DNA from: Fistulifera solaris
Taxonomy: Eukaryota
Length of the DNA stretch: 64,000 bases
NCBI GenBank assembly: GCA_030295235.1
Contig: AP026133.1
Location: 930,001 to 994,000, forward strand
Reading direction: 5' to 3'
Shown piece by piece: positions 1-12,129 of the stretch (its first letter is position 1; every line of letters begins with the position of its first letter). Below the pieces are notes generated by a model. That model searched no databases, was not told the DNA's origin, and saw only the letters and a program-made list of their open reading frames with translations. Made by a program: the position numbers and the translations under genes.

Positions 1-1311
1 TAATGGCCATCACGGTGGGCCCAGCGCCGCTCAAATAGGCACAATGAGCTCCAGCGGCTTCGGCGGCTTCAATCATGGGATATAAGTATTTGTATAGCTT
101 GCCACCTCGTTGCGGCTGATGTAATTTATCCTGGACGCCCCATTTCAGGTTGTCCAAGTTGTTGGTACTCAACGCCAAGACCAAAAACGCCGTACGACTA
201 ATGTTGAAGGCCGCATCGCTACGCGTAATGCCTCCCTGCAAGACCGCACGCGCGTCACTGGTTTTGCCGATAAAGTCAGGGATGAACATGACCAACTGCA
301 AGCCGGGGGTGCCGGAACGCGTTCTGTGGCCCATCGCGTGCCGTTGTGAATGCCTACCTGGATTCCACCGTAAATGGCGGGTGCGACATTGTCGGGGTGG
401 CCCTGTGCGAAGGACAAGAAAATAAGTCGAGAGACATTTGTAAGTGAGAATCGTTCAAAAGCGCCTTCCTTCTCAATAGAACTACTCTAAACTTACTTCA
501 ATACCTGCAGCAATTTGCAACAACGCTTCGGATCCCCAACAAGGCAGCCGATGTCCCGCCAAAATCAATCCGGCAATAATCCCCGCCACAATAGCCGCAC
601 TACTTGAACCCAATCCTCGTGCAAAGGGAATACGACTGACAACATGGTACGATAAGACAGGCATTGGTTTCCGGGCTGCTTCGAATGCTGCTTTGCAGCC
701 CAATACCAAGTAATTTGATTCGTCTTTGGGCATTTCATTCGCTCCATCACCCTCTCCAGTAATCTGGAATTTGTCCGAACGACTCACGGTAACCTCTGAC
801 CACAAATCTACCGCCATGCCGATGGTATCATCTATAGGCAAATAGAGAAATTAATGAGAATGATGCAAAAGGGTCTTCAGAAGTAGAACAAGGATTTGCG
901 AATCTCGATGCGAACCAGTCATCAACACAAGCAAACTAATCAATGAAGTAACTCACATCCCGGTCCCATGTTAGCAGAAGTCGCGGGAACTCGTACTGTA
1001 ACGCTATCACGCGCCACAGCGTTTTCTTCTTCGACAACTTGTCGTGCGGCAATTTGACGACGCATTCGTTCTTCATGATTGTGCGGGAAAATGAATGAAT
1101 TTCGGGACGCGACGGGAGCTTCTTCGTTGTAAATCACCGTCGGGTGTTCCGCCCGATCCATGGAGACCCTTGTCTGGTATTCCTGTTGAGAGGCCTTCGA
1201 TCGGGCGGCATACAACTGCGACGCGACGACACCGGCAACCGCACCGGCGACGGCAGCACTTGCCGCAATGAGAGCGGATTGGTTACTACTCTTACTGTTC
1301 GAAGACGACAT
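1..1311 (-). CDS. thrB: Homoserine kinase (GHMP family), 3 exons in window, 3' end runs off the window
   Basis: Motifs VRVPATSANMGPGYD, IPFARGLGSSSAA, EGHPDNVAPA, QDKLHQPQR and LSGAGPT. GT-AG introns 956-832 and 496-403 restore the frame. One apparent frameshift near the G-run at about 305-312. Confidence 0.93.
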
Positions 1312-4018
1312 TTCAGACTCTCCACTTTATGAAGAACGTTCAAAGTGAATAGTGTAGGTCACGTTCAAGCTGGTCCTTTGAGAAAGAACTCCTTTTCGCA
1401 GCTAATACTTGTAAAATAATGATGATTGCAGAGAGGTCGGTCGCTATCTTCATTCTCACTTTTCATTGCATGTGTGTTTTTGGTGGACGAACTACGAAAA
1501 ACGTAGTGACGGATAGACACTGACGCACATCCGAACGCACATCACGACAACTAACCTTAACGCTTATCTATCTCTACTTTCGTCCAATGTACACTAGCCC
1601 AAAGTGCAGGCGGCGTGTCACCACGACTCCATTTCAGTCATGCACTTTTTTCTCGACCACGATTGCTATTCAATATCCATTCGATCTTCTTGCTTCGTAA
1701 AAGAAAATTACCTTTCTTATAACAAGTAAAGTTTCCTTGAAACTTCAGGTTCAATTTTCTTGCCAAACGTTGTTTTTCAATTCACTGTAATTCTTGAGTG
1801 TTCGTTCTCGCAATCTTGTTGCATTCAGTCATGAATCAAATTTTTCGGCATTAAACATTAAACAGCTATTCAAGACCAACTCGATCTGCTAGTTGGGTAG
1901 AACGAATTGTCTTAATTAGAAAGTAACATTCAGTAGCATTTTGAATTCACACCTTGATCCTTCATGTCGAATAATCAGAACTCTTTCAGCTTTCAATTGT
2001 ATAAAACATAAATTTTGTCCTTGAATGGAGCCAAATATGTCGTGTTCGTTGACAACCTGTCTTTTTTCCTTAATACGAGTAGGATGTGCAAAATCTTCGG
2101 AAAGGCTTTGCTTATCTTTATCAACAGTATACCTGCTTTTAGTCACGAGTATATTAAGTGGGTCCAGTCTGTCAGTCGACCCTAAGCAAATGAATTGAGT
2201 CACAGTGCGATGTCTGAAATCTTTGGGTACCGCTCCAGAACAACCTGCACACTTGGAAGTGATACCGAAAAACAGACTACTTTGTAGACTTATTGTAAAT
2301 AGTATTGATTTTTTTGCTCGAAACGCAAGGGGATTGATCAGGATTTTTTGCATCTGATTTCACGAAATCAATGAACGACCTTTTAAAGGTTTTCCTACCC
2401 AATTTTGTTCTTTTCAAACGTTTCGTATCAATTATTATCATATAGAAAACATTGATCTGATGGAAGATGATGTCAAGGTCGATCAACTTACATGGTTTTA
2501 TCGTTGAATTTCACATTTTGCCGAAGACATGCGTTGATGATGATGACCCACAACGCGTATTTCGGTCGTCACTGAGCTTTGCTGTCTCCCAAAGCCACGT
2601 GCTGGCTACGACGCACCTGATTGCTTTACGTAATTTTTTTGTCGAACATTACAGCAATCTCACTTGTGTTCTGGTGAAAACTCGATCCCCGAACAGGAGG
2701 AACAATACACAGATTGAAAGATACAAAACCATCTTATGAATTCATCACTTTTTCCTGGCAATTAGCAACAAAAAACCGCCAAAATGTAATCCACCATCGA
2801 AATCAGACATTCACAATATAATTATCCTAAGTGTTTTCACTTCGAGGTGTGTGTGAGTCCGCGAAGTTGTAACAGAGCAGATGATTTGATTAGGTGTGTC
2901 GTCAGTCGGCGTCTAAAAGTCTAGCTGACTGTCTATGGGATACTGTAAGAATGGTGTGACCAATAGAATGATTCGGACTGATTTCTTGGTGAGAAATGCT
3001 ATTCATTAACTTCATGTCTCCTCCGTGACAAATCCTGATTTCAAGGGAATTGGGTTGTTCAACATCAATCAAATGTTGGGATTTGAGTCTCATATTAAAT
3101 GGCATGTACGATCGGGGCCATTTCTGAATTCGATGGTCTTTGGTGGTTGGTGTTATAACCTGGATTCGAGCAGTTGAATCTTGTGCAGCGCATATCAATG
3201 AGGAACACTTGCTAATCGCAGCTCATGATCGAATTGATGAATCGTCGACCAAGCGCGAAATTCTTTTCAAAACAGTATCTTTATTCAAAGCGACAAAGGA
3301 AGTGATTCGGCGACGGTCGGTTGCATGATAATTGCTATTCGATTGCTCTCCGGTGATTTGAAGATTCTTTGTTCGCCCTCGAAGGCCCTGTCGACATTTC
3401 GCGATTTGATAGCTTACGGAGTTTGAGCTGATACAAGGATATGTAGACGATACTGGCAGAAGATTGTATCTTAAGCGACAAAACGAACTGATCACTGTCC
3501 AACTTTTTCTCAAAACATAAGAAAAGATATACTTTTATAGTTAGACGCACGCTTATCGCGTTTCTTAGTGCGGTACTCAAGCGGATGAAACATAGCAGAT
3601 AGTCAATATCCGGGTACGAGGCCATTGAATTCATCCATTCCATCATAAAACAAGTTGTTGTGCTAATTCAACTCATCATGCATCCAAGCCTCGCTTTTCT
3701 CGAAGAAAACGAAAACGCCGAGCCGCGTCAATGAGGAGAAGGCGATTAAGTACCTCGAGATTATAAAGATATGATACACAGTGCTGCGCGGGACGCAACA
3801 GTCTTCTTCATCATCATCATATGTAGTTGCATCTCTGACTCTTATGTCGAGTCTCGAGCAATGTAACACGACAACAAGGATCACATCCCAAGCCCCGTGG
3901 CATTCTGCCGTGGAAATCCTTATCAGTACATCGGCAGATGAATTAGCTGCCCGGAATATTCGCGTAGGTGAATCGGACGAAAGTGCCCCGCTTATTGTCA
4001 TCTGCGTCTGTAGATTGT

Positions 4019-4690
4019 TCATATCTCCACTCGCTCCAGCGCGTGTGTCCCTGAGGACTCCAAGGATTGCAGACTATTGCTTAAATCGTGATTCGCGAGG
4101 TAATGATGAATGCCTACTATTTCATTTTGAACAGGAGCGTCGAAGAACACCCGGCGTTTCGAAAGTACGAGCAGACGTAACATTAAACAGGCTCGCAGTA
4201 TTTCCGGTTTTTCTTTAACTTTCGGAACAAGAGCGACTGTCCATTGTTTCAAAAGCAAATCTACCTCATCCAGCTTGGTTTTTGCTTGTTCAGCTTTATC
4301 GACATTTCTTTGTAAATTGCTGCCAGTTCTAGATTCGGCAAAATACACCATCGCCAAATTGTACAAAATGACCGCGGGCGTGAAGGGACATTTGGGCATC
4401 AACCGAATAACAACAAGCGTGCGAGGGAAGCTGAGAACGCGAACGCGCTCCATAAATGTCCGCGAGCTGGTAGCTGTGGTAATTTCCGAAAACTCCATCA
4501 CCGCCCACGAAGGTGCGGCTCCGTTCCGACGAGGTGGGGCTTCGGTCGAATACACTCGGCCCTTGGGCAATTGTTTGGTTTTTACCATCGTTTCCGCGTC
4601 TTCGAGTGCTTTTCTAGCAGGGATAAGGCAGTGACTCTCCAAAAGCATCAATCCGAGGTTATTGAAGTCACTGGCACGCTGCGGACCCAT
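4019..4690 (-). CDS. Hypothetical helical/TPR-like protein (223 aa)
   Basis: ATG-started ORF with TPR-like segments FNNLGLMLL and AVILYNLAMVY. Confidence 0.55.
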   Translation of the reverse strand: MGPQRASDFNNLGLMLLESHCLIPARKALEDAETMVKTKQLPKGRVYSTEAPPRRNGAAPSWAVMEFSEITTATSSRTFMERVRVLSFPRTLVVIRLMPKCPFTPAVILYNLAMVYFAESRTGSNLQRNVDKAEQAKTKLDEVDLLLKQWTVALVPKVKEKPEILRACLMLRLLVLSKRRVFFDAPVQNEIVGIHHYLANHDLSNSLQSLESSGTHALERVEI

Positions 4691-5225
4691 GTTTCTTGTG
4701 AGCCTTAGCTACGAACGACTGAAATAATTCGTCAGCACTGCCTCGACAGAAATGAATCAGTTTGTTGAGTCGCGCAAAGGCACTTGGGAGGTGAAGATTG
4801 CACCATTCAATCGTGTGGTTTCAGATATACAACAAGCAACGACGCTGTTATTTTCAGCCTTCGAGTAGGTTCAACAAAAAAAGCAGATTGCCTCGGCCAC
4901 TTGTCACTTGTCACTCTTGTTTTCTTTCTGCTCTTAGTTCGCGTTGAGCGTTTGACGAGTGGGGGGCGTAGATGTTTTTATCGAAATCCACATCAAGACG
5001 GGATTGTGGGATTGGATCAAATTGCAAGTGTGAGTACGGATATGCCTTACTGGAATGTTCTTCGTGCCACATTTCTTAATTGCAATGTTCAACCGGTTTT
5101 GACGTTGATTTACGCTTAGGTCAGTAAGCAGATGACACGGGACACCGAGACACTATGCGTTATTATAACAGTATGAGGCATAACAAGATCACCAATAATA
5201 AATTTTCCTAAGAGACATAAGCAAG

Positions 5226-5396
5226 AGCACAGGAGACTGCGGGAAATATGATAATTATGAAAAATGGAAATAACATGAAAATTTATTGTTTAATTCAACT
5301 GCAAAATTTCGAAAAATGGACAAACTGCTGCTACTTTACATAAAAATAGATCAAAATACGAAAAATGAGATTTTGAGTTTTTCGTGGCTGAGAACT
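5226..5396 (+). repeat. Left terminal inverted repeat (bipartite, imperfect)
   Basis: 5226-5281 matches the reverse complement of 12247-12302. 5353-5396 matches the reverse complement of 12130-12173 (38/44). Confidence 0.9.
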
Positions 5397-6223
5397 TAGC
5401 TCACGCTTACCTGGTAGCGCGGTTTCAGCGTTACTGGAGTCGAATGAGGCCGTCAGTCCGCTGCCGATGCCTGTGACGTATATACGGACCGACGACACAA
5501 GATTGGAAAACCTTGAGCCGAGTCGAGCAGTCGAGGGTCCAAACTCAAAGGTAAATAAAAATCTCGATGTTCTTATCGTCGTTGTTCACTATCATCCACA
5601 TTGTAGCACATTCAGTTTCTGTGTCTTCCTGTGATTGACTGTCGAGTGCGGCGTGTGAAGTGTGAAGTCTGAAGGAATAAAGGATTATTGTACGATCTGG
5701 AGTCTGGAGTCTGGAGTCAGAAGTAGGAAGTTGCGAAGTAACACTGCCAACTGCCACGCACCATTCAAGAAATTTTTATGTAGTAACAATGATCAAAAAT
5801 AGCTTTGATTTTTATAGCCTGCCGCGTCATAAGCCCCTTCAACTAGTGCCACCTGCCGCAAATTGATTTCTGTATGCCGAATGCCGACTGCCGACTGTGA
5901 GAGAAATTGCAGTAACAATTAACAATTCAATTTGGAACGCGGTACTGTCATATGATCGGCTCGCACTCGTGACTTCTTCTATATCGTGAATAGTAGGTGG
6001 TCTTGGCGACATCGTCCTTTTCCACGCTAAGCATTACAGTCTCCATTGAGACTCTCTTAAGTAGTAGGAGAGTTTCATGGAAGAATTGCCGTTCTCTTCC
6101 TCTCTCCATCTCGCACTTTGATCGTCAACCTTCAATTATCACGAGGGCCGGGAACTCCCACAAATAATCACAAATCACTCTGCGGCGCATTTCAAACGAC
6201 AATAACAACAGATCTTATCAGCA

Positions 6224-7609
6224 ATGCCAAAGAAAAACGACAACGGCGTTGATGCGAATCTTCCGAAATGGGCGGTACAAAGGGCTGGCACACTCTCATC
6301 TTCATGCTGAGCAAGAAGATGATTTCAGTCGAAAGTAAATCTGCTGGTGGTCAAGGACCGGCAGAGGTGAGAGCCATGAGCCCTCTCTTCAAATACAAAT
6401 TGGCCAACTTTACCGCCAATCTTGATAAGATTCGGAAGAATTGGAATGGGAAGAAAAAAGAGTGGCTCAAAATCTTGGACACCAACGAAGTCGACCCAGA
6501 AATTCTTGCAAAGGCCGGAGCAGCGGGAAATGGGGGAAATGCGGGAAACGAAGGTGGTGGTGACGACGACGACGATGATGATAACGGCGATGCCGGTTTG
6601 GGTGATCTAGACAATGAATTCGGTGGTAAGCGTTCTTCTGCTTCTAGATTTTTTTCTTCTATCTGACAAATTTCCATTTTTTACAGGCATGAACTTGGAT
6701 CCGGAAGGTGATGCTGAGAAGAAAGCAACACCAAAGAAAGACATCAAGAAGCCAGACTCGGAAGAAATCGTGCTGCCGAACCTTGTGATCGGATGGATGG
6801 GTTCAAACCAGGCGCAGAATCTGACAGTTATCGCGACGCCTTCCTGCGAAGCCTTACGCACTCCAGCTCCAGGAAGTGGTTTGAAGAGCTACGTCACTGC
6901 GTACATTGAAAATTCCCTCACAGCCACAATCGCTATTGATGTGACTGACGATACTATCCATGATCCTATCAAATTCTACGACAAATTCTGGGGTCGCTAG
7001 CCAAATTCGGTACAGAGCACGTGAAAGTTGTCGGACACCACACTGCAGTCCGTCTTCTCAAGAACAACAACCCTCGCAAGCGCATCATCAAAAAGTGCCG
7101 CATCCAATTGCCTTTTGAAGTCGAACTTCAGTGGAATCCTGATATCCCGACGGTCGAGCAGCTGGTCATGCTCAAAATTGGAGTAGACGGTAGTCAAGAG
7201 CAATACGTTGTCATGGAGATGAAGGAAGCCCTTGCAAAGGAATTCAAAAGCCACAACGTTTCTGTCGCATGGGATACTTGTTATGATGACGAACCAGTAG
7301 TAGCTACGAATGATGGAACGGCCACTGGTGCTGCGGCAAATGTTCCACGCTCGGAAGATGATGATGAAGGCGATGAAATGGACATTGACCGAGACCCCAA
7401 GAAACGCAAGTCTTACGTTGCCGAGACCGACCGCACGAAGAACCTACAGCGACTTTGTTGACCATCTGATGAAAGGAGTTCCGGTTGAGACTGTGAATGA
7501 GACAGATGAAAAGGAGAAGGATGACGGAAAGAAGACAAAGACGGTTCCTATTGGCCAGCCGAAAGATGGCTCTCATTACAAGACTGATACGAATCACGCC
7601 ACAGCTTAA
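6224..7609 (+). CDS. Transposon cargo ORF A: N-terminal helical domain, Gly/Asp linker, shared cargo domain, acidic tail
   Basis: ATG at 6224 and a GT-AG intron at 6626-6686 join ORFs 6268 and 6614 in frame. One missing G at about 6270 and one at about 6990 would give a continuous ORF into 7021-7461. A further shift into the 7310-7609 frame is possible. Contains HVKVVGHHTAVRLLK...RIQLPFEVE. Confidence 0.7.
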
Positions 7610-7707
7610 ACGCTTACGAGGATAAAAGCTGATTGGCTTTGTCTAGTATATATTTCTACAACTATTATAGTATATCGTAATGTATTTGATGCTAGATTGC
7701 TTTATCA

Positions 7708-8347
7708 TCAAGTTTGAGGCATGCGAATATTGCGTTTGGCACCCTGAGCTAAAGGAGAATAGAAACCGTCGTATTCTCCTTGCATTTCCAAACCTGCTGT
7801 AATCTCAGGACAGTTCCGCGCTCCCATAAAAGCAATGCGAGATCCACTCGGATACTCCTCCGCAATCGAACAAAAGTTAGGTAGTACCGCCATTGGTAGT
7901 TTCTGCTTGTGAACATAAACAATAGAATTTGCCATTGATGTCGTCTTGAGGTCTTTGATAGCCTTCATATGGGCGACAACCTTTGGGTGTGTTTCCGAGT
8001 AAGCAGCCCCGTTGTTGCGTGACACAGCACGCCAGAATTCTGCAGGCATCATCATGTACGAATTGTCCCCCTTCATCCGAATCTCAGTTTCGGTCCGAGA
8101 CTCGTTAATGGAGCAATGGACATCCGCTTGGTCAACACCAGAGAGCAGAACTGTCTGCTGTGACAATCGCTTGTACTCCAGGTCTTCCCATTTGTAAAGG
8201 AGTGAGCCTGGGAGTTTGACAGGGACTTCAATGGTTCTCACACGTTCGTCGTTATCGTCGTAGTCTGGGTCGAAGCATCAAAGAAAACGGATCAGTTAGC
8301 AAGAAATTGTTGAAGCCGATCAAACAGGAACGCTACATACCAGCCAT
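7708..8347 (-). CDS. Transposon cargo ORF B (187 aa), essentially the shared cargo domain alone
   Basis: 7-nt first coding exon ATGGCTG (8347-8341), then an intron GTATG...GCTAAC...CAG (8340-8265), then exon 2 (8264-7708) in frame, giving MADYDDNDERVRTIEVPVKLPGSLLYKW...HPKVVAH. Confidence 0.8.
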
Positions 8348-8636
8348 TATGGATTTTTTTCAAGAGGACATTGTCAACAAGATGCAAGATGCAATTGAAA
8401 TGAGCTTGGCCAAGGTCAACGAATCGCAGCGATTTGCATAGTGAGTGCTTGCTGCGGGCGCACTGCTCGTGCTCGGTCTTTTGTCAAAGGAGCGAAAAAA
8501 GCCCAGAACTTGCGAAGTGTGTGTGTCTTCTGTAAAATAATAATGATGAATATCAAACTTCACTTGGTACGCTTCATTGTTCTATAGTTATAGATTAAAC
8601 AAGCCCAGTACACTGTACTAATGAGCCAAAGGAATT

Positions 8637-8875
8637 TTATGTTTTTTGTTACGTTATGTTATGTTATGTTATGTTATGTTATGTTATGTTATGTTTTGTT
8701 ATGTTTAGTTAGGTTCAGTTATGTTTTTACTACTCGAAAAAAAGATGGTACAACTTTTGTGTAGATTCTACTCGATTCACGAGTACATTTTTCAGACACG
8801 TTATGTTATGTTATGTTTTGTTATGTTATGTTAGGTTAGGTTATGTTATGTTATGTTATGGTATGTTATGGTATT
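8637..8875. repeat. (GTTAT)n pentanucleotide array, two blocks (about 8637-8725 and 8800-8875)
   Basis: Directly visible tandem GTTAT with GTTAG, GTTTT and GGTAT variants. Confidence 0.95.
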
Positions 8876-9385
8876 CTTTTCTGTAATGTTTTCAGTAATA
8901 AGTTATGATTTCAGTACAAAATGTATATAGAGAACAAGGAACACGTTGAACTGTCAATTTCTCTGTATCTTTCTAAACTAGCTTCTTCCTTTGTCATACT
9001 CGATACTCGATACTCGATCCGTCAACATTAACGACTGATTACTGATCAAGATGCATACTCTGAGTTTCTACTGTAGCTCCATTCCCAGTTTCGCTTCCCC
9101 TCATTCTAGTGTACCGAGTGTGTGTGTGTGTGTGTTGAGTGTTGAGGTGTTGAGTGATGGATTGGACAGTCTCGAGGAGGAGGAGGAGTCGTCTCGAGTG
9201 TGTGTGTTTTTCGTGTGATGATGATGAGATGAAAAGGACGACACGCTGGTGCGCACTGCCTGTTGCGGTTTCCGCCATCATCATTCTTGTCACAGCTCAA
9301 ATCCGATTCTCCAGTCAAGCCCAAATTCTTACGGAATCTCAGAAGCCTCACCAACTTTCAAAAATACACAAATATCACGAAAACC

Positions 9386-10702
9386 ATGTCTGAGTTTGGC
9401 GAGAGCGAAGAGACCGTCATTATTGAGGGGAAACTCCCCGCGTCCCTCATATATAGCTGGCATGATAGGCATGCCAATCTTCGCATTTCACAATACACAA
9501 ACCTTCTTTCTGGTCTCCGTCAACGAACCGCATATGGTAGAGAAATTGTTGAATGTTGTGTTGATGAAGAAGGGACTGAAATTATGATTGACATCACGGA
9601 CTCTGCCATGTTCCGCGACGATTTCTTTGTCAACTACGGCAATAGAAGCGAGGATCACCCGCTTGTCGTTGCGCATAGGCTGAAAATGAAGGAACTCAAA
9701 GGTGACAGCAAGAAGATACTGTTCTCGCATCGTGAGACTATCGAAGAAGGCACGGTCACACTGAAAAGAATGGATGATATTGATTCTCAAGCCTTCCGTA
9801 TCATTAGAAGGAACAATACATCTGGGGAAGAAACAGATACTGTTGCAGCAATTGAAATGGAAAGTAACTCTTTGAACTTTGTAGGTCAGGAGCACGGCCA
9901 GCTCAAAACACTTTCTATGCCGGATCGAATGGACACGACTCCTTCTACTGAGTCGAGCCAGGAGCCGCAAATGGCTTTGAACGAGCTATCTGTGGCTGAC
10001 ATGATTCAGCAACCGAACCACCAGCCTGTCTTTCAAACACTGACACGCGATGTCACTGTAGCAAAGCAGGAACACAGCGAGGATTCTTTTATTTCTACTT
10101 TCGTGGAGCAGCAAACTGTTGTACAGCAGCTTTCGAAAAGATCCATTGTAAGCTCGGGTGGCTCACTAACCAAAGCCCTTGTGTCGGATGCGTCTTATGA
10201 GATGAGCCGCAAGGTCAAAAGCCGCGGCCGAGATTCAACGTTCGACCAGACTTGGACGGATTCACAAAAGAAAACAGCAGACCAGCTAGTTACATCCGAA
10301 GTGCATGGCAACCTACCTGGGACAAACGACGGACTGATGTCAGCATTCAACGAGAATATGGGTGCTTGGTATACCATCAAGATAGGAGAAACAGCAGAGA
10401 TACCAAGTGTTGCAGCAAGACTCGCGAATCTCCGCCCTACCCGACCATCATCTCTCTCAAGGGCGATAGCTGCGATACCAGCTAATCCTTCAGATGACGT
10501 AGCTGAACAAGCATTGGCTCTAAATCAAGTGCCAATTGACGTGGAAATGAATTACGAATCACTGGGAAAACGTGATTTTGAATTTTTCAGTACGAGTGTT
10601 GACGCTGGAAAGGAACCGAGGCACGGGGGGAGATTGTTGTGTACGAGGGCAACCAAACTTCAAGTAACCTTGTTCACACTGCCAAGCACCTGTAATCCTT
10701 GA
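9386..10702 (+). CDS. Transposon cargo ORF C (about 438 aa): shared cargo domain plus long low-complexity tail
   Basis: Open frame 9263-10702 with first ATG at 9386. KLPASLIYSWHD...LLSGL...EDHPLVVAH is clearly homologous to ORF B. Confidence 0.8.
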   Translation: MSEFGESEETVIIEGKLPASLIYSWHDRHANLRISQYTNLLSGLRQRTAYGREIVECCVDEEGTEIMIDITDSAMFRDDFFVNYGNRSEDHPLVVAHRLKMKELKGDSKKILFSHRETIEEGTVTLKRMDDIDSQAFRIIRRNNTSGEETDTVAAIEMESNSLNFVGQEHGQLKTLSMPDRMDTTPSTESSQEPQMALNELSVADMIQQPNHQPVFQTLTRDVTVAKQEHSEDSFISTFVEQQTVVQQLSKRSIVSSGGSLTKALVSDASYEMSRKVKSRGRDSTFDQTWTDSQKKTADQLVTSEVHGNLPGTNDGLMSAFNENMGAWYTIKIGETAEIPSVAARLANLRPTRPSSLSRAIAAIPANPSDDVAEQALALNQVPIDVEMNYESLGKRDFEFFSTSVDAGKEPRHGGRLLCTRATKLQVTLFTLPSTCNP

Positions 10703-10822
10703 GGAAGGCACCCACCAAGAACCAAAAATCTGAAGAAGAATAAATTGCGCGCCTATTCTCATTCATTCGATTAAAGTTTGCATGCTATAGGTTAATTGAA
10801 TGATATTTATCTACTTTAGTGT

Positions 10823-11753
10823 CTACTTCGGTAGAGAGTTGATAGGGTTATCGGTTTTTAGTCGAAGCTGTACAACCGATGCAACTGCTCGGAAGTAATA
10901 AACATGCCGTTTCAATTCATGTCGGAATTGCTGGCGCAGACATCCAAACCGCTTAATTCGTTGATTTACGTTTTCATGACGCGCCAAAGCTTTTCCAATC
11001 AAAATCAATTTCCCTTTCTGATGACCACGATTTTTTATTGTCAGCTGGGAGATCGAACGATAGCCTTGGTCTGCTATTCCTTTTTCACCCTTCGAAAGCT
11101 GACCGGCAAGGTTTCGTCGAAAAATCTTTGAATCAGGAAATTCCCCGCAAGAAAAAGGGCCATTGATCCAGATCATTTCACTGTCAAAAAGCGAGACAGC
11201 AATTTCATAACGTAGTCCGGCGCTTCTGAATTTGTGCGAATACCATTTGGGCGAAAACGGACTCGGTTCGTTAATCGGACAGTCAGTCCCATCAACCGAA
11301 AATGTATGAATACCAGATTTCGTTCGGCTGTTCCACTTTATCTATAAGAAAACATATTGTTAGCGATATACAAAGTGCAACAGGTAATCAGCGCAAAAGA
11401 CTTACCAATCGAGTAGAGAGCAATGCCAGTGCAGTGATAAACTGGTCGGACCACTTTCGAAAGGTCTTTTCATCGCATCCGGCCATGCCACTTAAAACTT
11501 CCTCTGTTGCATAAACTTTCAATTTCAGTAGGGCCCAAAGCAGATGCTTGAAGCGTCCATTCTCAGGGACTTTCAATAAGATCCACAGCTGAGAGCATTG
11601 TGTTGGCGATACGCCAAAGTGCGACATGAAGCGTCGCGTTTGAACCAAAGTGGGCTTGTAGCTGCGCATGTCCAGCGACTCGCCCATTATGAAACACCCA
11701 CTTCTCAAGAACTCTCTAGTCTGATTAGAAGAATAATTAAACTGTATCTTCAT
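10823..11753 (-). CDS. PIF/Harbinger-type DDE transposase (DDE_Tnp_4-like), 288 aa, 2 exons, intact
   Basis: Exon 11753-11406, intron 11405-11342 (GTAAG...GCTAAC...TAG), exon 11341-10823. Motifs F..HFG, KHLLWALLKLKVY, SVDGTDC, YSHKF, ADQGY and ARHENVN. Confidence 0.93.
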
Positions 11754-12129
11754 CGTAACTTGATGATCCAATCACCAAGAAAAATTCTACTTGTTGACAG
11801 CTGAATGGCTGAATGTGCGAGAGCGTGACAAATCGCAACTTTCTGTTTGTGTGTGTACGGAGTCGAGGACTCTATCGCCAAATGTCGTTGCCAGTTGCCA
11901 GGATGGTGGCATTGTCATATATGTGCTTGTGTATCGTTTCCACTGTACTTTGTAGGCTCCACGCTCCACGCTGCACGATTTTTTCAGCACTACGAACCAC
12001 GACTGAGGTCAGGATTTCAGTCTCTGTTGTTGGTCCGTATGACCGTCTCGTACTTGGTACGTAGCACGTAGCACAGTACTGCACCGGCAACTGCAGTGTG
12101 CAATTTTTCTACAATCTCTGCGAATTCAG

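Noticed and set aside
1916..3646. Short ORFs as a second transposase
   Set aside because: No DDE, RT or other motif was recognised, and no terminal repeats were found.
8349..8441. 30-codon sORF MDFFQEDIV... on the + strand
   Set aside because: Too short, lies antisense to the ORF B 5' region, and has no motif.
8637..8875. GTTAT/GTTAG array as telomere or CRISPR
   Set aside because: Not TTAGGG-type and has no repeat-spacer structure.
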